Assembly (NCBI GenBank): GCA_965199855.1
Contig: OZ241326.1
Location: forward strand, 2,304,001 to 2,368,000
Direction of reading: 5' to 3'
Source: a bacterium
GTDB taxonomy: Bacteria > UBA8248
DNA: 64,000 nucleotides
Both the position numbers and the translations under genes were made by a program. Every line of letters starts with the position of its first letter. Positions within the stretch are counted from its first letter, which is position 1. Shown here in pieces: positions 1 to 9,863 of the stretch. Under the pieces are notes generated by a model, which saw only the letters and a list, made by a program, of their open reading frames with translations, was not told the origin of the DNA and made no database searches.

Positions 1-267
1 TCCGACAGGAGGAAGCTCGCCTGCCGCGCCTGCGGGGAGACGAAGCTGCGAAAAGTCATGTCGCGCTTCTCCTCCCACCAGACGGAAGACCAGCGGCTCG
101 AGGGGTTCGACCCTTCCAGGCCGCAGGATGCGTCCTTCTACAAGGACGACCGCAATATCGGGCTATGGGCGCAGAAGCGCGCCCGGCAGATGGGCGTGGA
201 TCTCGGCGATTCCTTCGGCGAAATCCTCGAGAAGGGCCGCTCGAAGAAGATTCTCGACAACCTTTGA
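1..267 (+). CDS. FmdB-family zinc-ribbon regulatory protein, 5' partial
   Basis: Frame 1 is open from base 1: SDRRKLACRACGETKLRKVMSRFSS; CxxCG followed by a KVMSRF motif typical of FmdB zinc ribbons. Confidence 0.7.
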   Translation, partial: SDRRKLACRACGETKLRKVMSRFSSHQTEDQRLEGFDPSRPQDASFYKDDRNIGLWAQKRARQMGVDLGDSFGEILEKGRSKKILDNL

Positions 268-292
268 GGCCGCCTTGACGCCTGAAGCGAGC

Positions 293-955
293 ATGAGCGA
301 GGCGCTTCGCGCGGAAGCGGAGCCGCTCTGGGAGAAAATCCACGAGCATCCCTTCGTGCGCGGCATCGGCGACGGGACGCTGCCGATGGAGCAGTTCCGC
401 TTCTACATGCGGCAGGACTACGTTTTCCTGAAGGAATACAGCCGCGCCATCGCCCTGGCCGTCGTGAAGGCGCCCGGGCTCGAGGAGATGGGCCGCTTCG
501 CCGACCTGCTGAACGCCACGCTGAACACGGAGATGGCGCTGCACCGCAGCTTCGCCGGAAAATTCGGCGTCTCGGCCGAGGAGATCGAGGCGACGCGGCC
601 CGCCCCCGCCTGCAGGGCCTATGCGGATTTTCTGCTGGAGGCGGCCTTCTCCGGCGCCTTCGGGGAAATCGCCGCCGCCATGCTGCCCTGCCAGTGGGAC
701 TACGCCGTCATCGGGAAGCGGCTCGCCGAGCGGGGAATTCCCGAAAACGCGCCGCTTCACGCCGAATGGATAAAGACCTACGCCTCGGAGGAATTCGCCC
801 GGCTCGCCCGCTGGATGCGCGACATGCTCGATGCGGCCGCTGCGGCCGCCGGCCCGGCCGAGCGGGAGCGGATGCGCGCGCGCTTTCTGACGGGGACGCG
901 CTACGAATACCTCTTCTGGGAGATGAGCTGGCGCATGGAGGATTGGCCCCTGTGA
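293..955 (+). CDS. tenA: Thiaminase II / TenA family protein
   Basis: HPFVRGIGDGTL, FRFYMRQDY, catalytic LPCQWDY, EYLFWEM; ATG at 293. Confidence 0.9.
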   Translation: MSEALRAEAEPLWEKIHEHPFVRGIGDGTLPMEQFRFYMRQDYVFLKEYSRAIALAVVKAPGLEEMGRFADLLNATLNTEMALHRSFAGKFGVSAEEIEATRPAPACRAYADFLLEAAFSGAFGEIAAAMLPCQWDYAVIGKRLAERGIPENAPLHAEWIKTYASEEFARLARWMRDMLDAAAAAAGPAERERMRARFLTGTRYEYLFWEMSWRMEDWPL

Positions 956-974
956 ACCCCGGCCCGAGGAGGAC

Positions 975-1565
975 GTGACGCCCCGCGCGCGAAAAGCCCC
1001 GCCCGGCTCCCGGCGATGCGAATGGGCCGAGGGCGACCCGCTCATGGAGAAATACCATGACGAGGAATGGGGCTTTCCCGTCCGGACGATCAGCAGGCAC
1101 TTCGAGCAGCTCACCCTCGAGATTTTCCAGGCCGGACTCTCCTGGCGAACGATTCTCCACAAGCGCGCGGCGTTCCGCGAGGAATTTCGGGGGTTCGCGC
1201 CCGGGAAGGTCGCCCGCTTCACCGAGCGGGACGTCGTCCGCATTCTCGGAAACCCCGGCGTCGTGCGAAACCGCAGGAAAATCGAGGCGACCATCCGGAA
1301 CGCCAAAAGGTTCCTGGCCATCGAGAAAAAGCGCGGATCGTTCAACCGCTACCTCGCCTCCCTGCCTGACGATCTTCCCTCGCTGCAAAGGATATTCCGC
1401 GAGGAATTCGTCTTCATGGGCCCCAAAATCGCCGAAGCCTACCTCGAAAGCGTGGGCAGGATACCCGAACCCCACGATCCGCATTGCTGGCGGGCGGAGG
1501 AGGCGAAACGCCGGGCTTCGGGCGGCGGGCGTTCTCCCCAAGGCGTGAGCGCCTCATCTTCATAA
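975..1565 (+). CDS. tag: DNA-3-methyladenine glycosylase I
   Basis: RCEWA, YHDEEWG, LEIFQAGLSW, RNRRKIEA, C-terminal HxxxC zinc ligands. Confidence 0.88.
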   Translation: MTPRARKAPPGSRRCEWAEGDPLMEKYHDEEWGFPVRTISRHFEQLTLEIFQAGLSWRTILHKRAAFREEFRGFAPGKVARFTERDVVRILGNPGVVRNRRKIEATIRNAKRFLAIEKKRGSFNRYLASLPDDLPSLQRIFREEFVFMGPKIAEAYLESVGRIPEPHDPHCWRAEEAKRRASGGGRSPQGVSASSS

Positions 1566-1581
1566 ATCGCACATCATTTAT

Positions 1582-1594
1582 TATCAATAACTTG
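1582..1594 (+). promoter_or_regulatory. IHF-consensus site in AT-rich intergenic region
   Basis: TATCAATAACTTG matches WATCAANNNNTTR. Confidence 0.4.
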
Positions 1595-1771
1595 AATCGC
1601 TTTATTCAAAGCGGAACGAGAACCTCGCCGCCTTTCGATTCCCGCCGTCAATTTGTCGAAAAAGGTCGTGAATTTGTCTGAAATAGCTGTAAAACAGCTG
1701 GGAATTTGTCTGAATTTGCAGAATAAAGAAGGATGATTTTTCACTCGCGCCGACATATCCGTTCAACGCGC

Positions 1772-1796
1772 GTCATTCCGGCGCAAGCCGGAATCC
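1772..1796. repeat. REP-like palindromic element
   Basis: GTCATTCCGGCGCAAGCCGGAATCC: GTCATTCC-headed hairpin of the VIPAQAGI-translating REP type. Confidence 0.6.
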
Positions 1797-2093
1797 GGCG
1801 TTGCTTCGTCGGCTCCGGGTTGCGGCGATCCCTCCTCTCCGTCGAGGTTGACGCCGCAACGACGATGAAGCGCCGCAAGCCTTCAACGCGCGTCAAACAT
1901 ATCAGCGCCTTTTCATCATTCCCCATCCTTCCGTCCTCCCGGAGCGGCGGGAGGATTCTCTCCGGCCTTCACGCGCGGGATTCTGACGCATCGGCCTGGC
2001 GGAGCGAAACGCGCAAATGCGGGCAAATGCGCGCCGGGGGCGATTGACAGCCCTCCGCTCCCCAAATCCCGCCAATCGCTGGCCGCGCGAGGG

Positions 2094-2828
2094 TCACTCC
2101 AGGGGTTCGATGTCCGCGTAGATGACTGTGGGACGCCGGCCTTTCGACCGCGCGCCATCGGCGTCCGCGCCGGCCGCCTCCCTCTCCACGACGCGCCCGG
2201 CTCCGGCGCGAACCGGCGCGGAGAACATCGGCCCATCAACCACGCAGGTGTGGAATTCGCCGTTCTCGCCCAGAGGGTCGGCTCCATGCGGCAACTCGGC
2301 GACGAAGCGGGCGTCGAACCATCTGCCCGCGAACCGGGCGGGCAGCTTCGCCGGATCGACCGCCGTCACGATGGCCCTGAGGCCGGCGTCCATCATCTCC
2401 CCGGCGAGTTCGGAGGTGTTTCGCCCCCATATCGGAAACAGGGGCGCGAAGCCGGTTCCCCTTAAATTCTCCTCCCGCCAGCGCCGGACGTCCTCCAGAA
2501 ACAGGTCGCCGAACGCCAGGCGCGACGCGCCGAGGCCCTCCGGCAACGCGCGGACGCGGGCGAGGAACCCCCGCATGGCGGCCTCGTATTCCTCGTTCGG
2601 GCAGGGCCAGGGGATGGGCATCTCGTAGAGCGGAAGGCCGAGCCTCTCCGCCTGGGCTTCGAGCGCCCAGCGCGGCGTGGCCTGGATGGAGACGCGATCG
2701 AAGGCGGCGGTCACGGTCGTGAAAATCCCCCGCACCTCCCAGACGTCGGGCCGCCGGCGGAGCGCGTGGAGCGCCCACGCGGAATCCTTGCCGGACGACC
2801 AGGAGACGAGCACGGGCTCAGGCGGCAT
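2094..2828 (-). CDS. PP-loop ATPase, diphthine-ammonia ligase (Dph6/MJ0570)-related
   Basis: SWSSGKDS PP-loop, FGDLFLED, DPLGENGEFHT. Confidence 0.85.
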   Translation of the reverse strand: MPPEPVLVSWSSGKDSAWALHALRRRPDVWEVRGIFTTVTAAFDRVSIQATPRWALEAQAERLGLPLYEMPIPWPCPNEEYEAAMRGFLARVRALPEGLGASRLAFGDLFLEDVRRWREENLRGTGFAPLFPIWGRNTSELAGEMMDAGLRAIVTAVDPAKLPARFAGRWFDARFVAELPHGADPLGENGEFHTCVVDGPMFSAPVRAGAGRVVEREAAGADADGARSKGRRPTVIYADIEPLE

Positions 2829-2953
2829 GGCGCGGCTCCGGCGGGAGGGCGGAACCCAGGACGGGGGAAGAAATATATCCCTGCAAGAAACAAAACGCGC
2901 CTGCGATCTGCGAGGCGCGGATTCTTCTCAGGCGCCCATGAGCGGAGAGTTTC

Positions 2954-3556
2954 CTACCTCTCCGGCGGCTTCTCCTCCGCGCCGGAGGCGCCCACCGAAT
3001 CCTTCACCCTGTCCTTCAGAGCGCCCGCGCCCTCCGAGGCGTCCTCGATTTTCTCCCTGGCGGAATCGAGCTTCTCCGCAACCTCCACCTCCCCCAGCGT
3101 CCGGATTCGCGCGCTCACCTCGCGCATGTAGGGCAGGATTCTGTCCGAGCCGCCGCCGAGCGGATAGTCCGGCGCGGACGTCTCGAACCCGGCCAGGAGG
3201 AGGCCCACGACGAACACCCCCTTCGCGCACCCGAGGAGGCCGCCGCCGATTCGGGAGGAGAGACCGGGGCTGTCCGTCGACATGAAGCGCAGCGCCGCCC
3301 GGAAAACCGACGTGAGAACGAGCCAGACCGCCGCGAAGAGGAGCGGGACGACCACCTTGTCCATCCAGCCCGCGCCGCCGACCCATTCGGAAACGTAGAG
3401 GCTTGCCGGGGCGCCGTATCGCGCGGCGGCGAAGACGGCGACTCCGAGCGACAGAAGGGAGAACGCCTCGCGGACGAAGCCGCGCACGCAGCTGCGAATG
3501 ACGAACACCGCCAGGACGAGGAGGATGAAAACGTCGGGGATGGAGAAGGAGATCAT
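2954..3556 (-). CDS. cvpA: CvpA family membrane protein
   Basis: RGFVREAFSL, four hydrophobic segments, RIGGGLLG. Confidence 0.8.
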   Translation of the reverse strand: MISFSIPDVFILLVLAVFVIRSCVRGFVREAFSLLSLGVAVFAAARYGAPASLYVSEWVGGAGWMDKVVVPLLFAAVWLVLTSVFRAALRFMSTDSPGLSSRIGGGLLGCAKGVFVVGLLLAGFETSAPDYPLGGGSDRILPYMREVSARIRTLGEVEVAEKLDSAREKIEDASEGAGALKDRVKDSVGASGAEEKPPER

Positions 3557-3708
3557 GGAAATTCCGGCATCTCCTCGGGCGGGGAACCGGCGGGCGTTTC
3601 CCTCATCCTACCACAAATCGCGGCGCGCCTGCCATTGTCGGGCATGAAATTTCGGCGGCGGAGGCAAGGGCGACAACCCTTTTCAGGCGCGCGGCAGGCG
3701 CGTCCTCC

Positions 3709-4182
3709 TCAGATTTTCTCCTTCCACATGACCAGGGTGTCCTCGCGGTTGTCGGGATAATAGCGCGGGCGCATGGCCGCCGCCGTGAATCCGTGCTTTT
3801 CATAGAGCGCGATGGCGGCCGCGTTGCCGGCGCGCACCTCGAGCGTGGCGCGGAGCAGACCCCTGCCCTTCGCGTCCGCGAGCGCCCTCTCCAGCAGGAG
3901 GGCGCCGACGCCCCTGCGCCTGCGGCCGGGCGCGACCGCGAAGTTCGTGATGTGGCACTCCTCCGGCACCTCCCACCAGCAGGCGTATCCCAGAACGCCC
4001 GCCCGCGGGGGCTCGGGCGCGGCCGGGGGGCCTCCCTCGTCCACCGCGACGAGGAGCCGGGCGTTTTCGACCTCGCGGAGCTCCCGAAGGAAGCTCTCCC
4101 TCGACCAGGGAAGCGGAAAGGAGCGCCGCTCGATGTCGAGCACGGCGTCCAGATCCCCCACCCGCATGGGCCGCGCCTTCAT
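3709..4182 (-). CDS. rimI: Ribosomal protein S18 alanine N-acetyltransferase
   Basis: IERRSFPLPWS, HITNFAV, RRRGVG, LEVRAGN, RPRYY. Confidence 0.88.
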   Translation of the reverse strand: MKARPMRVGDLDAVLDIERRSFPLPWSRESFLRELREVENARLLVAVDEGGPPAAPEPPRAGVLGYACWWEVPEECHITNFAVAPGRRRRGVGALLLERALADAKGRGLLRATLEVRAGNAAAIALYEKHGFTAAAMRPRYYPDNREDTLVMWKEKI

Positions 4183-4373
4183 GCCCCCTCCCCTCCCGCG
4201 CGCGGCAAGCCCGCGCCGAACGCCGCAAACTCTTTCGCCGGGAAACTTTCGGGACTATAATACGCCAAACGCGGACATTCGCTCGCCGGGCCGCCGGACG
4301 CCGCGCGCCGCCGCGGACGGAGGCGGCCGCGGCCGGGGCGGAACCTTCCACAAACCCGATGCGGAGGACAATC

Positions 4374-5084
4374 ATGGGAGCGACTCTGACCTATCTGGGA
4401 CATTCCACTTTCGTCGGACAATCGGGCGGGGGCAAGACCTTCTACATCGACCCCTGGCTCGAGGGGAATCCGCGCTGCCCCGAGGGCGACCAAAGCCCCC
4501 GGAAGGCCGACCTCATCGCCCTCACCCACGGCCACTTCGACCACGTGGCCGGCGTCATGGCCGTCTATGGCCAGGGCGGATGCCCGGTCGCCGGCCCCTA
4601 CGAGCTGGTGAACCTCATCGCCCAGTCCGAGGGCTTCGCCGAGGAGCACGCGGGCGCCATGGGCAAGGGGGGGACGGTGGACTTCGACGGCATCGCCGTC
4701 ACGCTGACCCACGCCATGCACAGCTCGAGCTACGGCGAGCCGGGCGTCTATGCCGGAGAGCCCGCGGGCCTCATCCTCGCCTTCGAGGACGGCAGGAGGC
4801 TCTACCACGCGGGAGACACCGCCGTCTTCGGCGACATGAAGCTCATCGGCGAGCTCTACGAGCCCGACCTGTGCCTCCTGCCCATCGGCAGCCGGTTCAC
4901 GATGGACCCGCGCGAGGCGGCGCTCGCCGTCGAGCTTCTGGGCGCGAAGCGGGTGGTTCCGATCCATCACTCCACCTTCCCGCCGCTCACGGGGACGCCG
5001 GAGCAGTTCCGCGAGGAGGTCGCCAGGCGCGGACTCCCGGCCGAGATCGCCGCGCTGGAGCCGGGCGAGTCCATCGACGTGTAG
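4374..5084 (+). CDS. Metal-dependent hydrolase, MBL fold (UPF0173-like)
   Basis: YLGHST, THGHFDH, HAMHSSS, YHAGDT, PIHHSTF; GGAGG RBS before ATG 4374. Confidence 0.85.
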   Translation: MGATLTYLGHSTFVGQSGGGKTFYIDPWLEGNPRCPEGDQSPRKADLIALTHGHFDHVAGVMAVYGQGGCPVAGPYELVNLIAQSEGFAEEHAGAMGKGGTVDFDGIAVTLTHAMHSSSYGEPGVYAGEPAGLILAFEDGRRLYHAGDTAVFGDMKLIGELYEPDLCLLPIGSRFTMDPREAALAVELLGAKRVVPIHHSTFPPLTGTPEQFREEVARRGLPAEIAALEPGESIDV

Positions 5085-5153
5085 CGGCGGGCGCGGCGCC
5101 CGCCCCCGATGAGGAAACCTCGTCTTTTCAACGTTCACGAAAAGGAAGCGCGC

Positions 5154-6923
5154 ATGAGCGAGGGCCCCGAAGTCAAGGCGCGAACCGAGGATCGCGACGG
5201 CATGAGAATCACCTGGCACCAGCCCATCGAGATGGACGACGGCCTCGTTCTCCGCGCCGACGTGTTCCGGCCCGTCGAGGAGGGGAAGTATCCCGTCATC
5301 CTCACCTATGGAATCTACGCCAAGGGGGTGGCCTACCAGGAGGGCTATCACCACCAGTGGAGCAAGATGGTCGAGGACTACCCCGAAATCCTGGAGATGT
5401 CCACGAACAAGTACCAGAACTGGGAGGTGACGGACCCCGAATGCTGGATTCCGCACGGCTACGTCTGCGTCCGCGTGGACTCGCGCGGGGCGGGCTGGTC
5501 GCCGGGCTTCATGGAGCCCAACTCGCCGCGGGAGATTGACGACCTCTACCAGTGCATCGAATGGGCGGGCGTTCAGGCGTGGAGCAGCGGCAAGGTGGGG
5601 ATGCTGGGAATCTCCTACTACGCCCGCAACCAGTGGCGGGTGGCGGGCCTGAAGCCCCCGCATCTGGCCGCCATCATCCCCTGGGAGGGCGGGAACGACG
5701 CCTACCGCGATTCGGGCTACCACGGCGGCATCCTGAGCCAGTTCACCGAGCAGTGGTCGAAGGTGCAGGTGATGAACGTTCAATACGGCCGGGGGGAGAA
5801 CGCGCGAAAGCACCCCGTGACGGGAGAGTCCGCCGCCGGGCCGATTACGCTCTCCGAGGAGGCGCTTGCGAACAACCGCGTCAACGCCTTCGAGGAGCTC
5901 AAGAAGCACCCCTTCGACGATCAGTGGCACCGGGATCGCTCGGCCGACCTCTCGAAGGTCTCGCTGCCCCTCCTGACCTGCGCCAACTGGGGCGGCCAGG
6001 GCATTCACCCGCGCGGAAACTTCAACGGCTACGTCGAGTCGCCCTCGGAGCAAAAGTGGCTCGAGGCGCACGGCGACTCGCACTGGTCGCTCTTCTCGAG
6101 CGCCTACGGCCTGGATCTGCAGAAGCGCTTCTTCGACCATTTCCTGAAGGGCGAGGACAACGGCTGGGAGAAGACCCCGCCCGTGACGCTCAACGTCCGC
6201 CACCCGGGGCCGCGCTTCGTCCTTCGCCATGAAAACGAATGGCCCCTGGCGCGCGCGCAGTGGACGAAGTTCTATCTCGACCTGGAGAGCGAGGCGCTCT
6301 CGCGGACGCCCGCCGCGCGCGAGGCGCGCCTCGAATACGACGCCATGGGGGACGGCCTCACCTTCCGGACGCCCCCGATGACGGAGGAGACGGAAATCAC
6401 GGGCCCCATGGCCTCCAGGCTCTTCGTCTCCTCCTCCACCGAGGACGCCGACCTGTTCCTCATCGTCCGCGTGTTCGACCCCGAGGGGAAGGAACTCACC
6501 TTCATGGGCTCCACCGACCCGCACACGCCGATCGCCAACGGCTGGCTGCGCGCGTCGCACCGCGCCCTGGTTCCCGAGAAAAGCTCCATCTACCGCCCCT
6601 ACCACCCCCACGACAGGGCCGAGCCGCTCGCGCCCGGCGAGGTCTATGAGTGCGACGTGGAGATCGTCGCCTCGTGCATCGTCGTCCCCGCCGGCTGGCG
6701 GGTGGCGCTCACCGTTCGCGGGAAGGACTACGAATATACGGGCGAGGTCAGCGAGTTCGCCAAGCGGTTCCACTACTCCACGAAAGGCACGGGCGGCATG
6801 ACGCACAACGACCCGGACAACCGCCCGCCGGCGATCTTCGACAACAGGGTGACCCTCCACGCGGGCGGCGGGCGCGACCCCTACCTGCTCCTGCCCATCA
6901 TCCCGCCGAAGGAGGGGGAGTAG
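5154..6923 (+). CDS. CocE/NonD family alpha/beta hydrolase
   Basis: MDDGLVLRADVFRP, VDSRGAG, nucleophile elbow GISYY, C-terminal PepX-like domain. Confidence 0.88.
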   Translation: MSEGPEVKARTEDRDGMRITWHQPIEMDDGLVLRADVFRPVEEGKYPVILTYGIYAKGVAYQEGYHHQWSKMVEDYPEILEMSTNKYQNWEVTDPECWIPHGYVCVRVDSRGAGWSPGFMEPNSPREIDDLYQCIEWAGVQAWSSGKVGMLGISYYARNQWRVAGLKPPHLAAIIPWEGGNDAYRDSGYHGGILSQFTEQWSKVQVMNVQYGRGENARKHPVTGESAAGPITLSEEALANNRVNAFEELKKHPFDDQWHRDRSADLSKVSLPLLTCANWGGQGIHPRGNFNGYVESPSEQKWLEAHGDSHWSLFSSAYGLDLQKRFFDHFLKGEDNGWEKTPPVTLNVRHPGPRFVLRHENEWPLARAQWTKFYLDLESEALSRTPAAREARLEYDAMGDGLTFRTPPMTEETEITGPMASRLFVSSSTEDADLFLIVRVFDPEGKELTFMGSTDPHTPIANGWLRASHRALVPEKSSIYRPYHPHDRAEPLAPGEVYECDVEIVASCIVVPAGWRVALTVRGKDYEYTGEVSEFAKRFHYSTKGTGGMTHNDPDNRPPAIFDNRVTLHAGGGRDPYLLLPIIPPKEGE

Positions 6924-7049
6924 AGAAGCAAGGATTTCGCTCGTCCGGCCGAAGCGGGGAAGGCGAGGGAGAGCCGCGCCGTCCGGCGGTGGTTCGGGCT
7001 TCAGGCCGCCCTCGCGCGGGCGGCGCCCGAAGGCCGGCCCGCCTGAGGG

Positions 7050-7817
7050 TCACCCGGCGGCGGAGCGTCCGCCGTCCACCACGACGTGCTGCCCGGTGAG
7101 GTAGTCCGAGGCGGCGGAGCACAGAAAGAGCGCGGCGCCCGCCGCGTCCTCGGGCAGGCCCGCGCGCGCCGCCGGCGTCCGCGCCAGCACCTCCCTCATT
7201 TTCCCGGGATTCGCGAAGAGGCCCTCCGTCATCGGCGTGCGCGTGAGCTGCGGCCCCAGGGCGTTCACCTGAATCCCATGCGGCGCCCACTCGATCGCCA
7301 GGGCGCGGGCGAGCGAGACGACCGCCCCCTTCGTGGCGGCATAGACGGCCTGGTTCGGCGCCGCGCGCTCGGCCACCATGGAGGCGAGGAAAAGGATTTT
7401 TCCGCCCTCCCCCTGCGGAATCATCACCCGCGCCGCCTCCCGGGCGCAGAGGAACGCCCCGCGCGCGTTGCAGGCGAGCAGCGCGTCCACCTCGGCCGGC
7501 GCGCATTCGAGGGCGGGCTTCACGAGGTTGATCGCCGCGCTGTGGACGAGGACGTGAAGCCCCCCGTGAAGGGCGGCGGCGTCCCTGATCAGGCGGGAGA
7601 CCGCCTCCGCGTCCGCGACGTCGCAGGGGAGGAACCGCGCCTCCAGGCCCTCCGCCCGAAGCGCCGCGAGCGCCTCCTCGCCGCGAGCGCCTGAGCGGCC
7701 CGCAAGCGCCACGCGCGCCCCCGCCCCCGCGAGCGCCCCGCCTATCGCCAGCCCGATGCCGGAGGTTCCGCCCGTAACGAGCGCGGAGCGGCCCGCGAGC
7801 CCGAATTTCTCCATCAT
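7050..7817 (-). CDS. SDR family oxidoreductase
   Basis: TGGTSGIG, YAATK, VVDGG; start MMEKFGL. Confidence 0.88.
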   Translation of the reverse strand: MMEKFGLAGRSALVTGGTSGIGLAIGGALAGAGARVALAGRSGARGEEALAALRAEGLEARFLPCDVADAEAVSRLIRDAAALHGGLHVLVHSAAINLVKPALECAPAEVDALLACNARGAFLCAREAARVMIPQGEGGKILFLASMVAERAAPNQAVYAATKGAVVSLARALAIEWAPHGIQVNALGPQLTRTPMTEGLFANPGKMREVLARTPAARAGLPEDAAGAALFLCSAASDYLTGQHVVVDGGRSAAG

Positions 7818-7843
7818 CCTCCCGCCTCCCGACGCGCCCGCGC

Positions 7844-8653
7844 TCACAGGCGCGCCCTGAGATACGCGATCGTCCTGGTCGCCGCCGTCCGGAAGTCGGG
7901 CTTCTGGGCGAGCTGCGCCGAGAGATAGCCCGCGTAGCCCACCTCCTTCAGGGCGGCGATGATCTCGTCGAAGGGAACGTGGCCCGACCCCGGATAGGTG
8001 CGCATGTTGTCGGCGACGTGGAAATACTCGATGCGCCCGCCCGCCTCGCGGATGGCGCCCGCGAAGGAGGCGTCCTCGATGTTCATGTGAAAGCTGTCGA
8101 TGAGAAGCCCCATCGCCTCGTGGCCCATCTCGTCGAGAAGCGCCAGGCCCTCCCGGGTGGAGCGCGCGAAGTTCGTGTTGAAGCGGTGGTGCGGCTCGAA
8201 GAGCATCCGGATTCCGCGCGCCGCCGCCCGGTCGGCGCCCGCCCGCAGCGCGTCCCGCATCCAGCCCTCGGAGGCCGCCCTGCCCTCTCCCTCCAGGAGA
8301 CTCCCCCGGAAGCGGCCGATGTTCACCGGACAGCCGAGCCCGCCCGCGAAGTCCACGTGGCCGAAGAGGCGCTCCAGCGCCCGTGCGCGCGCCTCCGCGT
8401 CCGGGTGGCACAGCTCCAGCCCGTCCTGATAGGAAATGGGCGCCGTGCCGACGAGGGAGACCTCCAGGCCCGATTCCTCGAGGGCGCGGCGGAGCGCGTC
8501 CCCGTCGAAGGCGGCCGCGTCCCGAACCGCGAGCTCCACGCCGTCGAAGCCCGCCTCCTTCAGAAACGCGAGATTGTCGCTGAACGCGCCGCGCACGGCG
8601 GGCATCAGGGGGGTCGTGACGTCGGGCGTCGCCACCACGTAGCCGATTTTCAT
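7844..8653 (-). CDS. Sugar phosphate isomerase/epimerase (xylose isomerase-like TIM barrel)
   Basis: GFDGVEL, FEPHHR, DSFHMNIE, HVAD, GSGH. Confidence 0.8.
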   Translation of the reverse strand: MKIGYVVATPDVTTPLMPAVRGAFSDNLAFLKEAGFDGVELAVRDAAAFDGDALRRALEESGLEVSLVGTAPISYQDGLELCHPDAEARARALERLFGHVDFAGGLGCPVNIGRFRGSLLEGEGRAASEGWMRDALRAGADRAAARGIRMLFEPHHRFNTNFARSTREGLALLDEMGHEAMGLLIDSFHMNIEDASFAGAIREAGGRIEYFHVADNMRTYPGSGHVPFDEIIAALKEVGYAGYLSAQLAQKPDFRTAATRTIAYLRARL

Positions 8654-8836
8654 TCCATGAGGCTCCTCTGCGTCATTCCATCATCCGGGCTGCGCGACTC
8701 TTCCGAAAGCGCGCCCCGCCCGCACGGGCGGGGGGACACTATAGCCCCGACGCCCGGCGGGGTGAAGCCGCGCCGTTGCCCGAACGCCGGCGATTCGGTA
8801 GCCTTGGCGCTTCCACGCGAACCCCGGAGGAAGGGC

Positions 8837-9826
8837 ATGAGAGAAGACCAGAGGCTGCTTCACGGCGCGATCGACACCCACATTCACGCCTCGCCCAGCC
8901 TGTTCCCGCGCGTCTGCGATCACGTCGAGTGCGCGCGCGGCGCCGCCTCGGCGGGGATGCGGGGGGTGGTGTTCAAAATCCACCACGGCGACACGACGGG
9001 CCGCATCCCCCTCGTCCGGGAGGCGGTGGGCGACGCCATCGAGGTCTATGGGGGCGTCACGCTCAACAGTCCGGTGGGCGGCCTCAACCCCTTCGCGGTG
9101 GACGCCGCCGTCAGGATGGGGGCGAAGATGGTGTGGATGCCCACCATCAGCGCGCTGAACCACCTCGAAAAGCTGGGCGCGCCCCATTTTCCGGGCATGA
9201 AGCAGACGCGCGGCGTCAGGCTCAAGGAGAAGGGGCTGACCATCTTCGCCGACCGGAAGCGCGCGAAGGTGCGCCCCGAGGTGCGGACCATCTGCAGGCT
9301 CATCGCCGAGGCGGGCGTCTGCCTGAGCACGGGGCACCTGAGCGTGGAGGAGGTGCGCGCCCTCATCCCCCTCGCCAGGGAGGAGGGGGTGAAGCGCATC
9401 ATCGTCCAGCACCCCGAATACATCGTGGACGCCTCCATCGAGGAGCAGGTGGAGTTCGCCGGGATGGGCGCCTACATCGAGCATCTCGCCATCTTTTGCT
9501 TCACCCACTGGGGCGCCTACCCGACGAACAAGAAGGCGCCGCCCATCTCCGTGAAGGAGCAGGCGAAGATGGTGAAGGCGGTGGGCGCCGCGCGCACGAT
9601 TCTTTCCACCGACCTGGGCCAGCTCCACAACGCGCCCCCCTGGGAGGGCCTGAGGATATTCGTCCAGCTCATGCTGGAGAACGGCGTGAAGCCCGAGGAG
9701 ATCGAGACGATGCTGCACAAGAACCCGGCGCGGGTTCTCGGCCTCCCGCTCAGGCCCAAAAAGCGGGCGACCGCCGCGGCATCTTCAGGCGGCCGAGGCG
9801 CGGCCCCAACGACGGCGGGAGAATGA
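8837..9826 (+). CDS. Amidohydrolase-fold protein (DUF6282-like)
   Basis: IDTHIHASP, VFKIH, GGLNP, VWMPT, TGHLS, STDLGQ; GGAGG RBS. Confidence 0.75.
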   Translation: MREDQRLLHGAIDTHIHASPSLFPRVCDHVECARGAASAGMRGVVFKIHHGDTTGRIPLVREAVGDAIEVYGGVTLNSPVGGLNPFAVDAAVRMGAKMVWMPTISALNHLEKLGAPHFPGMKQTRGVRLKEKGLTIFADRKRAKVRPEVRTICRLIAEAGVCLSTGHLSVEEVRALIPLAREEGVKRIIVQHPEYIVDASIEEQVEFAGMGAYIEHLAIFCFTHWGAYPTNKKAPPISVKEQAKMVKAVGAARTILSTDLGQLHNAPPWEGLRIFVQLMLENGVKPEEIETMLHKNPARVLGLPLRPKKRATAAASSGGRGAAPTTAGE

Positions 9827-9863
9827 CGACAAGAAAAGGCGGGCGCGGGGAATTCAGACGGCT

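Noticed and set aside
268-292. TPP riboswitch upstream of tenA
   Set aside because: Only about 25 nt of intergenic space and no thi-box consensus
1762-1895. 14-bp direct repeat TTCAACGCGCGTCA at 1762 and 1882 as a mini-array or target-site duplication
   Set aside because: Only two copies, no enclosed element with terminal inverted repeats; kept only as part of the intergenic-element finding
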